A DNA stretch of 63,679 bases, the filler included. It is 5 parts of 5 records of this genome, joined end to end, with 100 filler letters (N's around TTAATTAATTAA, not from the genome) between each part and the next. Parts side by side here need not be neighbours in the genome. Positions count along the whole stretch, not along the records: positions 7,693 to 23,309 come from SRR2962707_1491; 4 more parts are not named here. The stretch is one strand, 5' to 3'. The notes under the pieces were generated by a model, which was given only the letters and a program-made list of their open reading frames with translations, was not told where the DNA came from and made no database searches. Of this stretch, positions 9,493 to 18,720 are shown piece by piece. The position numbers and the translations under genes are program-made. The stretch's first letter is position 1; each line of letters begins with the position of its first letter.

Positions 9493-10467
9493 ATGGACCC
9501 GTTGTCGGACGTTCTCCGCTCGATGCGTCTCACGGGCGGTATTTTTCTGGAAGCAGAGTTCACCGCTCCCTGGTGCATCCTGTCGCGCGTGGAGCCGGAC
9601 GACTGCGCGCCCTTCGGCTATGTCCCGCGGACCCTCATCTCCTATCACTATGTCGAGGAAGGCGAGCTTCTGCTCCAGATCGACGGCAGTCCCGATATCG
9701 TCGCGCGGCGCGGCGAGATAATGCTCCTTCCGCAAAACCATCCGCACATTCTGGCCAGCGGCCCGGACATCCCGGCCGCGGACTCCCACGCTCTCGTCCT
9801 TCCCGCGCAGGAAGGCGGCCTTGCCCGCATCGTTCATGGCGGCGGCGGCGCGCGCACCCGCATCGTTTGCGGCTTTCTCGGCAATGAGACGCCGGGCGAC
9901 ACGCTCCTTTCCTTTCTCCCGCCTGTTCTCCGCCTCGAAGTCCCGCAAGATCCCACAGGTGAATGGATCGAGAGCACTTTCCGTTTCGCGTCGATAGCGC
10001 TCGCAGGCGGCGGCGACCGTTCGGCCGTCGTGCTCGGCCGTCTCGCAGAGCTTCTCTTCGAGGAGGCGGTGCATCGCCATCTCGCCTCGCTCCCGGAAGG
10101 AGAGAAGGGCTGGCTCGCCGCCCTGCGCGATCCGACCATCGGTCGCGCCCTCGCGCTCCTGCATGGACGCCTCGACCGGCCATGGACGACCGAAGCCCTC
10201 GCCGCCGAAGTCGGCCTGTCGCGTTCCGCCTTCGCCACGCGCTTCACCGCCCTCGTCGGCGACCCGCCCATGCGCTATCTCGCAAAGTGGCGCATGCAGC
10301 TCGCCGCCCGCCGCCTCTCCGACACGCCGGACTCTATTGCCCGCATCGCCTTCGACGCAGGCTACGAGTCCGAAGCCGCCTTCAACCGCGCCTTCAAGCG
10401 TGCCTTTGGTACCCCGCCGGCCACATGGCGGAGGGACAGGTCCGGCGGCGGCGCCGCCGTCACTTGA
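9493..10467 (+). CDS. AraC family regulator with N-terminal cupin domain
   Basis: MDPLSDVL N-terminus; LSRSAFA.RF...VG.PPMRYL and GYESEAAFNRAFKR.FG.PP. Confidence 0.93.
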   Translation: MDPLSDVLRSMRLTGGIFLEAEFTAPWCILSRVEPDDCAPFGYVPRTLISYHYVEEGELLLQIDGSPDIVARRGEIMLLPQNHPHILASGPDIPAADSHALVLPAQEGGLARIVHGGGGARTRIVCGFLGNETPGDTLLSFLPPVLRLEVPQDPTGEWIESTFRFASIALAGGGDRSAVVLGRLAELLFEEAVHRHLASLPEGEKGWLAALRDPTIGRALALLHGRLDRPWTTEALAAEVGLSRSAFATRFTALVGDPPMRYLAKWRMQLAARRLSDTPDSIARIAFDAGYESEAAFNRAFKRAFGTPPATWRRDRSGGGAAVT

Positions 10468-10545
10468 ACACGGCTACGGCGTCGCCACTTCCCGCGTGAT
10501 ACAAGGACGCGCGGAATCGCCGCTGCGATTCCGGGAGGACGGAAG

Positions 10546-11490
10546 ATGGCCCCTGAACAGCAGCGAGCGGCGCGGGCGCCGGTCAGCGAGGCGGCGCTCG
10601 GCGCGGCAGCGGCCGGCACCGGCTATCTGCTGTGGGGCCTCTCGGTCATCTACTACCGCCAGCTCGAACACGTCATCCCGCTCGAAATTCTGGCCCATCG
10701 CGCGGTCTGGAGCCTGTTGCTCGTCGCCTTCTGCGTTCTGGTCTTCGGCCGTCGCGCGCAGCTCATGGCGGTGCTCCGCGATCGCCGCACCATGGCGATC
10801 CTTGCCATCACCTCCCTCATCATCGGCTCCAACTGGCTGGTCTTCATCTGGGCGGTCAATTCGGGCCGCATCCTCGAAACGAGCCTCGGCTATTTCATCA
10901 ATCCGCTGATGAGCGTGCTCGCGGGCGTCGTTCTTCTGGGCGAGCGTCTGTCACGCGCGCAGAAGCTCGCGATCGGCCTCGCCGCCGCCGCGGTTCTCTA
11001 TTTCACCTTTGCGCTTGGCTTCGTGCCCTGGGTGTCGCTCTTCCTCGCGGTGAGTTTCACCGGCTATGGCTACCTGAAGAAGATCGTCCGTGCCGAGGCT
11101 CTCGAAGGTCTCTTCGTCGAGGTCGTTATCCTTGCGCCCTTCGGCATCGCCTGGCTCTTCTGGATGGCGTCCCATGGCGGTGCGGTCTTCGGCAATGTCG
11201 ATCCGTATACGGACATCCTGCTCGTCCTCACCGGGCCCATGACGGCCGTGCCGCTTCTCCTCTTCACCTATGGTGCGCAGCGCATCCGCCTCACGACGCT
11301 CGGCCTCATGCAGTATCTCGTGCCCACCACCTCGTTCCTGATCGCCGTCTTCATGTATGGCGAGCCTTTCGGCATGGACCGGCTCGTCACTTTCGCGCTT
11401 ATCTGGGTGGCGCTTGCCCTCTTCAGCTTCGACACATGGCGATGCGAGCGCGAGTTGCGCCGCGCCGCCGCCCTCGCAAACCGGGGTTAA
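10546..11490 (+). CDS. rarD: EamA/DMT family transporter RarD
   Basis: EILAHRAVWS, SLGYFINPL, GLMQYL.P motifs. Confidence 0.9.
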   Translation: MAPEQQRAARAPVSEAALGAAAAGTGYLLWGLSVIYYRQLEHVIPLEILAHRAVWSLLLVAFCVLVFGRRAQLMAVLRDRRTMAILAITSLIIGSNWLVFIWAVNSGRILETSLGYFINPLMSVLAGVVLLGERLSRAQKLAIGLAAAAVLYFTFALGFVPWVSLFLAVSFTGYGYLKKIVRAEALEGLFVEVVILAPFGIAWLFWMASHGGAVFGNVDPYTDILLVLTGPMTAVPLLLFTYGAQRIRLTTLGLMQYLVPTTSFLIAVFMYGEPFGMDRLVTFALIWVALALFSFDTWRCERELRRAAALANRG

Positions 11491-11554
11491 GATTCACGCG
11501 GAAAGTTTTGTGACAGACAGGTAACAGATCGATGACAGCCGCCCCGATTTATCC

Positions 11555-12103
11555 TCAGATGGAGGCTTCGATCCGGGGGAGGATGTCTTCCACGCGGTCG
11601 ACCATCGAGTAAATCCGCCGGATATCCGAGCGTGCGAAACCGGCCTTGATGATGTGGTCGAGCAGCTCGTTCAGCGGGTCCCAGAACCCGTCGATATTGG
11701 CAATGACGATCGGCCTGCTGTGCCGTCCAAGCTGCGCCCAGGTCAGCATCTCGATCGTCTCCTCGACAGTTCCGATACCTCCGGGCAAGGCCACAAAGGC
11801 TTGAGATCGTTCGAACATCAGCTGCTTTCGCGCATGCATGCTCTCGGTCACGATGAGCTCGCTCACCTCGTTGAACTCGACCTCGACCTCCGTCAGGAAC
11901 TTCGGGATGATGCCCGTCACCTTGCCCCCTCCGGCCAGCACCGCCCGCGCCACCGCGCCCATCAGGCCGATGCCGCCGCCGCCATAAACGAGTTCCACGC
12001 CCCGTTCCGCCATGATCCGGCCGAACCGCTCCGCCGCCTCCATGAAGACCGGCTCGGTGCCCGTCGAGGAACCGCAATAAACGCAAAGACTTGTGAGCTT
12101 CAT
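11555..12103 (-). CDS. LOG family (TIGR00730) nucleotide phosphoribohydrolase
   Basis: VYCGSS, YGGG..GLMG, MHARK, PGGIGTVEE. Confidence 0.92.
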   Translation of the reverse strand: MKLTSLCVYCGSSTGTEPVFMEAAERFGRIMAERGVELVYGGGGIGLMGAVARAVLAGGGKVTGIIPKFLTEVEVEFNEVSELIVTESMHARKQLMFERSQAFVALPGGIGTVEETIEMLTWAQLGRHSRPIVIANIDGFWDPLNELLDHIIKAGFARSDIRRIYSMVDRVEDILPRIEASI

Positions 12104-12252
12104 CGAGGAGGGCTATCCCGTTTTTTCTGGCATTTGTTTCACCCGCGAGGTTTCACATTGGTGCCGTAATTGCAAGCTACGCGGTAGCTTAGGGTTGATG
12201 GTGGCGGGTTGTGCCGTTTCGGCACGGCAGGTATGGGGAAGGAAACAGGGAA

Positions 12253-13215
12253 ATGAAAATAGGCGCAATAGTCGGCGCTTTCGTGGTGGCGCTGCTCCTT
12301 CTCGTGGGCGGCTGGTGGTTCTTCCTTCGCGGCGATACCGAACCCGCACCCTCCGAAGTAACAGCCGAATCGCAGATCCCGGCCGAGCCCGAAGCAGGCG
12401 AGGACGAAACCGACCCCTCCATCCCGACCTTCGATATTGTCCGCGTCGAACGCGACGGTTCCGCCATCGCCGCCGGCCGCTCGCTTCCCGACGCCCGCAT
12501 CGAACTCAAGGCGAACGGCGAAATCGTTGCCGAAACCACGGCCGACGAGCGCGGCGAATGGGTCGCGGTCCTCGAAGAGCCGCTGCAGCCCGGTTCCATC
12601 GAACTCAGCATCACCGCGCATAACCCCGACGGCAGCAGCAAGGACAGCGTCCAGGTCGTCACCGTTTCCATTCCCGAAGGCAGCGAGGAACAGCCGCTCG
12701 TCGTCCGCAGCGAGCCCGGCAAGGCAAGCAAGGTGCTGCAAGGCCCCGGCGTTCCGGCCGATGCAGGAAGCCTCGTCCTCGAAACCGTCGATTACGACGA
12801 CAAGGGCAACGTCATCGTTTCCGGCCGCGCCGATCCGGGCTCAACGGTGCGCATCTATGTCGGCGGCAATCTTGTCGGCGAATCCGTGGCGGACGCCTCC
12901 GGCCATTGGGAATTGAGCCCCGAAGCCGATATCGCACCCGGCCAGTACGCGCTCCGCGTCGACCAGGTGGACGCTCAGGGCCAGGTCGTCGGCCGCATCG
13001 AGGTGCCGTTCGAGCGTGGCGAACCCGCCGCCGTCCTCGCCGCCCTCAAGGAGGGCAAGGTAGTTGTCCAGCCGGGCAACAACCTCTGGAACATCGCCCG
13101 CCGCCTCTATGGTTCCGGCTTCAGCTACACGGTCATTTACGAGGCCAACAAGGAACAGATTCGCGACCCCGACCTCATCTATCCGGGCCAGGTCTTCGCA
13201 ACGCCCACCGAATAG
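12253..13215 (+). CDS. Membrane-anchored Ig-like + LysM peptidoglycan-binding protein
   Basis: N-terminal TM, PTFDIVRVE Ig-like repeats, C-terminal LysM VQPGNNLWNIARRLYG...IYPGQ. Confidence 0.9.
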   Translation: MKIGAIVGAFVVALLLLVGGWWFFLRGDTEPAPSEVTAESQIPAEPEAGEDETDPSIPTFDIVRVERDGSAIAAGRSLPDARIELKANGEIVAETTADERGEWVAVLEEPLQPGSIELSITAHNPDGSSKDSVQVVTVSIPEGSEEQPLVVRSEPGKASKVLQGPGVPADAGSLVLETVDYDDKGNVIVSGRADPGSTVRIYVGGNLVGESVADASGHWELSPEADIAPGQYALRVDQVDAQGQVVGRIEVPFERGEPAAVLAALKEGKVVVQPGNNLWNIARRLYGSGFSYTVIYEANKEQIRDPDLIYPGQVFATPTE

Positions 13216-13387
13216 CGACGCAGAGCCGCGGTATTTGGCGGGAACATTGTCCCCGCCCTAAAAAGGCTTATGTAGAATAAGGAAATGCGCCCTGTCCGGG
13301 GTTCCGGGCGGGGCGTTGTCTTGTATGCCAAAGGTCTTGCGCTCGGGCTTCTTGCATCGGCGCGCTACAGCGGAGACCCTGCCTTTC

Positions 13388-15322
13388 ATGGCCCGACGCC
13401 TGAAACTCGCAACGCGCAGCGGCCCCGACCCGGTAACGGGCGGACCGCAGCAGGAGCGCCGCCGCCACTGGCAGACGCTCCTCGCCATGCTGCCCCGGCT
13501 CTGGCCGGAAGGGCGCATGGACCTGCGCGCGCGCGTGGTGATCGCCGTGCTTGCACTCGTCGTGGCAAAGGCGATCACGGTGTATGTTCCCTTCCTCTAC
13601 AAGGAAGCGGTTGACCGCCTCTCGCCAGAAACGGCGGCGGAAGTGGCCATTCTCGTGCCTGTCTTGTTGATCGTCGCTTATGGCGTCGCGCGGATCATGA
13701 TGGTGGCGCTGGCGCAGTTGCGCGATGCCGTTTTTGCCAATGTCGGGCAGAACGCGGTCCGTGAACTTGCCGTCGAAACCTTCCGGCATCTCCACGCGCT
13801 GTCGCTGCGCTTTCATCTCGAGCGCCGCACCGGCGGCCTGTCCCGCGTCATCGAGCGCGGCACAAAAGGCGTCGATTTCCTGCTGCGTTTTTCGCTCTTC
13901 AACATCGTGCCGACCATCGTCGAACTCGGCCTCGTCTGCGTCATCCTCGCTTACGCTTTCGACATCCGCTATTCGCTGGTCACGGCGGGCACGGTTCTCC
14001 TCTACATGGCTTTCACCTTCATCGTCACCGAATGGCGCACGCGCTTTCGCCGCGAGATGAACGACCTCGACACGGAAGCGAACACCAAGGCGGTTGACAG
14101 CCTGCTCAACTACGAAACGGTGAAGTATTTCGGCAACGAAGAGCATGAGACGCACCGGTTCAACCGTTCCATGTCCGGCTATGAGCGCGCTGCGATCAAG
14201 ACGACGACATCGCTCTCGCTTCTCAACACCGGCCAGACGCTGATCTTCAGCGGCGGGTTGACGCTGCTGATGCTGATGGCAGCGCAGGGCATCGCCGAGG
14301 GCGTGCTCACAGTCGGCTCTTTCGTGATGATCAATGCCTATCTGATCCAGCTCTATCAGCCGCTTAACCTGCTCGGCACCGTCTACCGCGAAATCCGCCA
14401 GGCGCTGATCGACATGGAGACCATGTTCGATCTGATGCAGGTTCCCGCCGAAATCCAGGACAAGCCGGGCGCGGCCGCGCTTCGCGTCGAAGGCGGGGGG
14501 ATCGAATTCGACAATGTGAGCTTCTTCTACGATCCCGACCGCCGCATCCTCGACGGTGTCTCCTTCCGCGTGCCGCCGGGAGGCACGCTCGCCATTGTCG
14601 GTCCGTCCGGTGCCGGCAAGTCCACCATCGCCCGCATCCTCTTTCGCTTCTACGACATCTCGGAAGGGGCTGTGCGCATCGACGGACAGGATATTCGAGA
14701 CGTAAAGCAGGACACGCTGCGCGCCGCCATCGGCATGGTCCCGCAGGACACTGTCCTCTTCAACGATACCATCCGCTACAACATCCGCTACGGTCGCCCC
14801 GAAGCGACGGACACCGAAGTCGGGGAGGCGGCGGAACTCGCCCAGATCGGCACCTTCATCGAACGCCTGCCGCAAGGCTACGACACGCGCGTCGGCGAAC
14901 GTGGGCTGAAACTCTCTGGCGGCGAGAAGCAGCGCGTCGCCATCGCGCGCACCATCCTGAAGAACCCGCCCGTCCTGCTGCTCGACGAAGCGACCTCCGC
15001 GCTCGACACGCATACCGAGCGCGAGATCCAGACGGCCCTTCGCCGCATCTCGCGGGACCGCACGACCCTGATCATCGCGCACCGGCTTTCGACCGTCGTG
15101 GACGCCGATGAAATCCTCGTTCTCGACCACGGCCGGGTCGTCGAGCGCGGGCGCCACGAGGCGCTTCTGGCGCTGGATGGTGCTTATGCCGCCATGTGGA
15201 ATCGGCAGCGCGAGAGCGATAGTGCCCGCGAGGAAGAGGAGAGGATGCTCGAAACCGGCGGTGAGCGCCGCATCGAGCCGGACCACCTCGCCGATGTCGA
15301 GGCCGATCCCGGATTTGCTTAA
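13388..15322 (+). CDS. ABCB/Atm1-like ABC exporter (fused permease-ATPase)
   Basis: [47 protein letters not shown]. Confidence 0.93.
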   Translation: MARRLKLATRSGPDPVTGGPQQERRRHWQTLLAMLPRLWPEGRMDLRARVVIAVLALVVAKAITVYVPFLYKEAVDRLSPETAAEVAILVPVLLIVAYGVARIMMVALAQLRDAVFANVGQNAVRELAVETFRHLHALSLRFHLERRTGGLSRVIERGTKGVDFLLRFSLFNIVPTIVELGLVCVILAYAFDIRYSLVTAGTVLLYMAFTFIVTEWRTRFRREMNDLDTEANTKAVDSLLNYETVKYFGNEEHETHRFNRSMSGYERAAIKTTTSLSLLNTGQTLIFSGGLTLLMLMAAQGIAEGVLTVGSFVMINAYLIQLYQPLNLLGTVYREIRQALIDMETMFDLMQVPAEIQDKPGAAALRVEGGGIEFDNVSFFYDPDRRILDGVSFRVPPGGTLAIVGPSGAGKSTIARILFRFYDISEGAVRIDGQDIRDVKQDTLRAAIGMVPQDTVLFNDTIRYNIRYGRPEATDTEVGEAAELAQIGTFIERLPQGYDTRVGERGLKLSGGEKQRVAIARTILKNPPVLLLDEATSALDTHTEREIQTALRRISRDRTTLIIAHRLSTVVDADEILVLDHGRVVERGRHEALLALDGAYAAMWNRQRESDSAREEEERMLETGGERRIEPDHLADVEADPGFA

Positions 15323-15390
15323 CCCGGCAAGTCTGGCGGGTTACACTCCGCCAGATTTCACCCCCTGACCGAGAGATCAATAAGAGCGAT

Positions 15391-16071
15391 ATGGACAGCC
15401 TGACTTCAATTCTGACGCCCATTCACCGTGAGGGCCACCGCTGGACGATCATCTTCGCCGCGGTCACCGTCGTCCTTTTCCTGATCTGGAACCCGCTCGG
15501 CTGGATCGGTGTCGTTCTCACGCTCTGGTGCCTTTACTTCTTCCGCGACCCCGATCGCGTGACGCCGTCCCGCGAAGGGCTCGTCATCGCACCCGCGGAC
15601 GGCATCGTGAACATGATCACGGAGGCGTCGCCGCCCGAAGAACTCGGTCTCGGCGACATGACGCGCACCCGTGTCAGCATCTTCATGAACGTCTTCAACT
15701 GCCACGTGAACCGCGCGCCGGTCGCAGGCGTGGTGAAGCGCGTTGCCTACAGGCCCGGTCTCTTCCTCAATGCCGATCTCGACAAGGCGAGCGATGCCAA
15801 TGAGCGCAATTCGCTGCTGATCGAGCGGCCCGATGGCGAGCAGATCGTGGTGGTCCAGATTGCAGGCCTCGTCGCCCGCCGCATCGTTTGCGACGTGACC
15901 GAAGGCCACGATCTCGCAGCGGGCGAACGCTTCGGCATCATTCGGTTTGGTAGCCGTCTCGACGTCTATCTGCCGCTGGGCGCGGTGCCGCTGGTCGCAG
16001 TCGGGCAGACGGCAATCGGCGGAGAAACGGTGCTGGCGGACGCGACCCTTGCGGTGCCGCATCATCTTTAA
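15391..16071 (+). CDS. psd: Phosphatidylserine decarboxylase proenzyme
   Basis: [27 protein letters not shown] autocleavage motif. Confidence 0.95.
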   Translation: MDSLTSILTPIHREGHRWTIIFAAVTVVLFLIWNPLGWIGVVLTLWCLYFFRDPDRVTPSREGLVIAPADGIVNMITEASPPEELGLGDMTRTRVSIFMNVFNCHVNRAPVAGVVKRVAYRPGLFLNADLDKASDANERNSLLIERPDGEQIVVVQIAGLVARRIVCDVTEGHDLAAGERFGIIRFGSRLDVYLPLGAVPLVAVGQTAIGGETVLADATLAVPHHL

Positions 16072-16103
16072 GCGCCCCATGACGCATGTGAAAGGCTGAC
16101 CCG

Positions 16104-16970
16104 ATGGCCGGACCCGTTCCCCCCTTCGAGCCTCGCCCCGGACCCGGTTTCCGGGCCAGCGAGACCGCGCAGGCGCGCCGGTCGCGGCATTTCGCGCAGC
16201 TTCCGGTTCGGACCATCATTCCGAATTCGCTTACGGTGCTCGCCCTTTGTGCGGGTCTTACCGCCATTCGCTTTGCTATTGAGGGGCGCTACGAGGCGGC
16301 AGTCGCCGCCATCATCATCGCCTCGATCTTCGATGCTCTGGACGGGCGTATCGCGCGCATGTTGCAGGGCTCGACCAAGTTCGGCGCGGAACTCGACTCG
16401 CTCACCGATTTCGTGAACTTCGGTGTCGCTCCCGTCGTCATCCTCTATCTCTGGTCGCTCGGTGAAATCGGCGGCATCGGCTGGATTGCGGTGCTCGGCT
16501 TTTCGGTCTGCTGCGCGCTGCGTCTTGCGCGCTTCAACGTCGCACTGGAAGACCCGGACAAACCGGTATGGGCGGGCAATTATTTCGTCGGCGTTCCTGC
16601 ACCCGCAGCGGCGGGCCTCGTCATGCTGCCGCTCTATCTTTCCTTCATCGGGGTCGACTGGATCAAGGAAGTGCCGCTGCTGATTGCGCTGCACGCACTC
16701 GCCATCGCCTTCTTGATGGTAAGCCGCATTCCGACCTTCTCCGGCAAGCGCATGGGATTGCGCATCAGGCGGGACATGGTCCTTCCGATTTTGCTGTTTG
16801 TCGGGATGAGTGCGGCGATCATTTTGAGCTATCCGTGGATCGCCTTCACGGGGCTTTGCGCCATCTATCTTGCGTCGCTGCCGCTTGCCATCCTTCGATA
16901 TCGCCACCACAAGAAGCGCACTGAGTCGGATGAAACTCAGACCGACGACGACAGCCTAGAAATCGAATAG
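16104..16970 (+). CDS. pssA: CDP-diacylglycerol--serine O-phosphatidyltransferase
   Basis: DALDGRIAR...FGAELDSLTD CDP-alcohol motif, LRLARFN; follows psd. Confidence 0.93.
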   Translation: MAGPVPPFEPRPGPGFRASETAQARRSRHFAQLPVRTIIPNSLTVLALCAGLTAIRFAIEGRYEAAVAAIIIASIFDALDGRIARMLQGSTKFGAELDSLTDFVNFGVAPVVILYLWSLGEIGGIGWIAVLGFSVCCALRLARFNVALEDPDKPVWAGNYFVGVPAPAAAGLVMLPLYLSFIGVDWIKEVPLLIALHALAIAFLMVSRIPTFSGKRMGLRIRRDMVLPILLFVGMSAAIILSYPWIAFTGLCAIYLASLPLAILRYRHHKKRTESDETQTDDDSLEIE

Positions 16971-16975
16971 GCGTC

Positions 16976-17188
16976 TCAGCGGCCGCTTGTCTTACCGCGG
17001 GAATTCGTTTCCGGCTTTTCCGTGTGTTCAGCGTCGAGCCTGCTCAGGATGTGCCGCTTGAGAGATCCGGAGGCGTCGAATATCGGCTCTACATGCCGGT
17101 GAGTTTCCGTCGTTTGCGAAAATGTCTCTGGCATCTGCCACTCCATTGGCCGCACATCGTCGGCCTTGTACTTGTCGGACTTACTCAT
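16976..17188 (-). CDS. Small hypothetical protein (70 aa)
   Basis: Overlaps the upstream methyltransferase stop by 8 nt, suggesting coupling. Confidence 0.5.
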   Translation of the reverse strand: MSKSDKYKADDVRPMEWQMPETFSQTTETHRHVEPIFDASGSLKRHILSRLDAEHTEKPETNSRGKTSGR

Positions 17189-18491
17189 CGTTCTTCACCG
17201 CTTCTTCCGATGCGGCGTCCGGTTCCTGCGTTTCGCTTTCTCCGCCCGGTGCGGAAGGAAGGCGGCGCGCATGTACATGAACGAAGGAAAGCTGTCCCGT
17301 TTCCAGCGCCTGGCTGCGCGCAAGCCAGATGTTGCCTTCACGCATCAACGTGGTGATCGTTTCAGGCGGAAATTTGGCGTTTTGCAGGCAATCGTGGAAG
17401 CGCCGCAACCCTTCCTTGACGAACGGCAGATAAGTGCCAGTCAGGTCGTCGAACCTTTCCACTTTGTAACCTTGAGACTGGAGCGCAGCGCGGTACTCGG
17501 CCTCCGTCCATGGATGCGCCACGGGCGTTTCCGCGGCGCGCCAGTGCTGAACGGCGTCTGCCATCGCGATGCTTTCGCCGACGCCATCCGCCAGCACGAA
17601 GTCGGTCAGAACCAACGATCCGTTGGCCGCGAGCGCCTTGTGCATGGCCTCCAGCATGCGGTCGCGCTCTTCAACCGAGAACATTGCCTCGCGCATGAAA
17701 ATGGCGGCATGCGCTCCCGCAGGTTCGAAGTCTTGCTTTTCGAGACCTTCGGGCCCGGCCGCGCGGATGGGTGCCATCTCGCTCATGCCTGCGGCTTCGG
17801 AAAGTGCCTTTGCCGCTTCCGAGAATTCCTCGTCCGGTTCAATGCCCGAGACCGTGGCGCCGAACGCCTTGGCGATGGCGCGCGTTCCCCCGCCCAGGCC
17901 CGGAGTGAGATCGAGATAGCGGCTGCCTTTTGTGCCGCCTGCGACTGATGCGATACGAAGCGCGAAGTCCTTGCCGCCGGGCAGGCTGAAGCCATCTCCC
18001 CAGAGCCTTTGTACGAATTCGACACGCGTCGGTGGCCGGACAGGCTCCGCTGCTTTTGCAGGCCGTGCGGTGGGCGCGGCAACGGGCTTGCTCGCGGCCG
18101 GTTCGTTCGCGGCCTTCTTCTTTTTCCGGCGGCGGTTGATCCCCTTGGCGCGGGCGACATCGTCCGTGTCCATTCCTTCCCACCAGGCAATCAAGCAGAG
18201 CAGCATCTCCATCCAGACGCTCGCTTCGGCGGGTTTCTTTTTTTCTTCGGTTTTGTCTGCTGCTGGTCCGGTGACGGACTTGCCGTCCTGTCCGGGGCGC
18301 TTTTCGGGGTGATCATTGAGAAAGCGTTCGAGCGCAGCCTTGTGCTTGTCGCTCAGTTTCCGCAGCCGGCGGAACCGCACGATCGCATCCGCCGACATAT
18401 GCTCGAGCCCCGCCGTGAAAACGGCGACCGGCATCGCTTGCAGTTCATCGCTGCCTACGGTGGCCAGGTTGACGAGCGTCCCGTTGCTCAT
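17181..18491 (-). CDS. Class I SAM-methyltransferase-fold protein with a long charged N-terminal extension
   Basis: QRLWGDGFSLPGG, degenerate motif I YLDLTPGLGG, ALAANGSLVLTDF. Start is uncertain (18491 or 18560). Confidence 0.75.
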   Translation of the reverse strand: MSNGTLVNLATVGSDELQAMPVAVFTAGLEHMSADAIVRFRRLRKLSDKHKAALERFLNDHPEKRPGQDGKSVTGPAADKTEEKKKPAEASVWMEMLLCLIAWWEGMDTDDVARAKGINRRRKKKKAANEPAASKPVAAPTARPAKAAEPVRPPTRVEFVQRLWGDGFSLPGGKDFALRIASVAGGTKGSRYLDLTPGLGGGTRAIAKAFGATVSGIEPDEEFSEAAKALSEAAGMSEMAPIRAAGPEGLEKQDFEPAGAHAAIFMREAMFSVEERDRMLEAMHKALAANGSLVLTDFVLADGVGESIAMADAVQHWRAAETPVAHPWTEAEYRAALQSQGYKVERFDDLTGTYLPFVKEGLRRFHDCLQNAKFPPETITTLMREGNIWLARSQALETGQLSFVHVHARRLPSAPGGESETQEPDAASEEAVKNDE

Positions 18492-18627
18492 GGTCGGGTC
18501 CGGGTCGGGCAAGGGGCTCGCGCCCGCTGCGCATTTCAAACGACAAGCCACGTCCCGCATGGACGGCGGCTATCGTCCTTAATGGCATAAACAGCGTTAA
18601 ATCATGGTTTCCGGCGTGAGACTTCGC

Positions 18628-18644
18628 GTTAACTTTGGGTGAAC
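18628..18644. promoter_or_regulatory. CtrA-like box
   Basis: G-TTAA-CTTTGGG-TGAAC, one mismatch to TTAA-N7-TTAAC, between divergent genes. Confidence 0.45.
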
Positions 18645-18720
18645 TCCCGGCTTTTCTTTTGTACCGGAATGGATCAAGGTACCGGCGCGCGCGGGGTGAA
18701 TCGGGGGGCGGCGGCGCATC

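Noticed and set aside
13268-15286. 672-aa antisense ORF, and similar long shadow ORFs (21060-22673, 26809-28911, 32597-33937, 37728-39125)
   Set aside because: Each lies fully opposite a well-supported gene in high-GC DNA and has no recognisable motifs; this is the expected antisense shadow.
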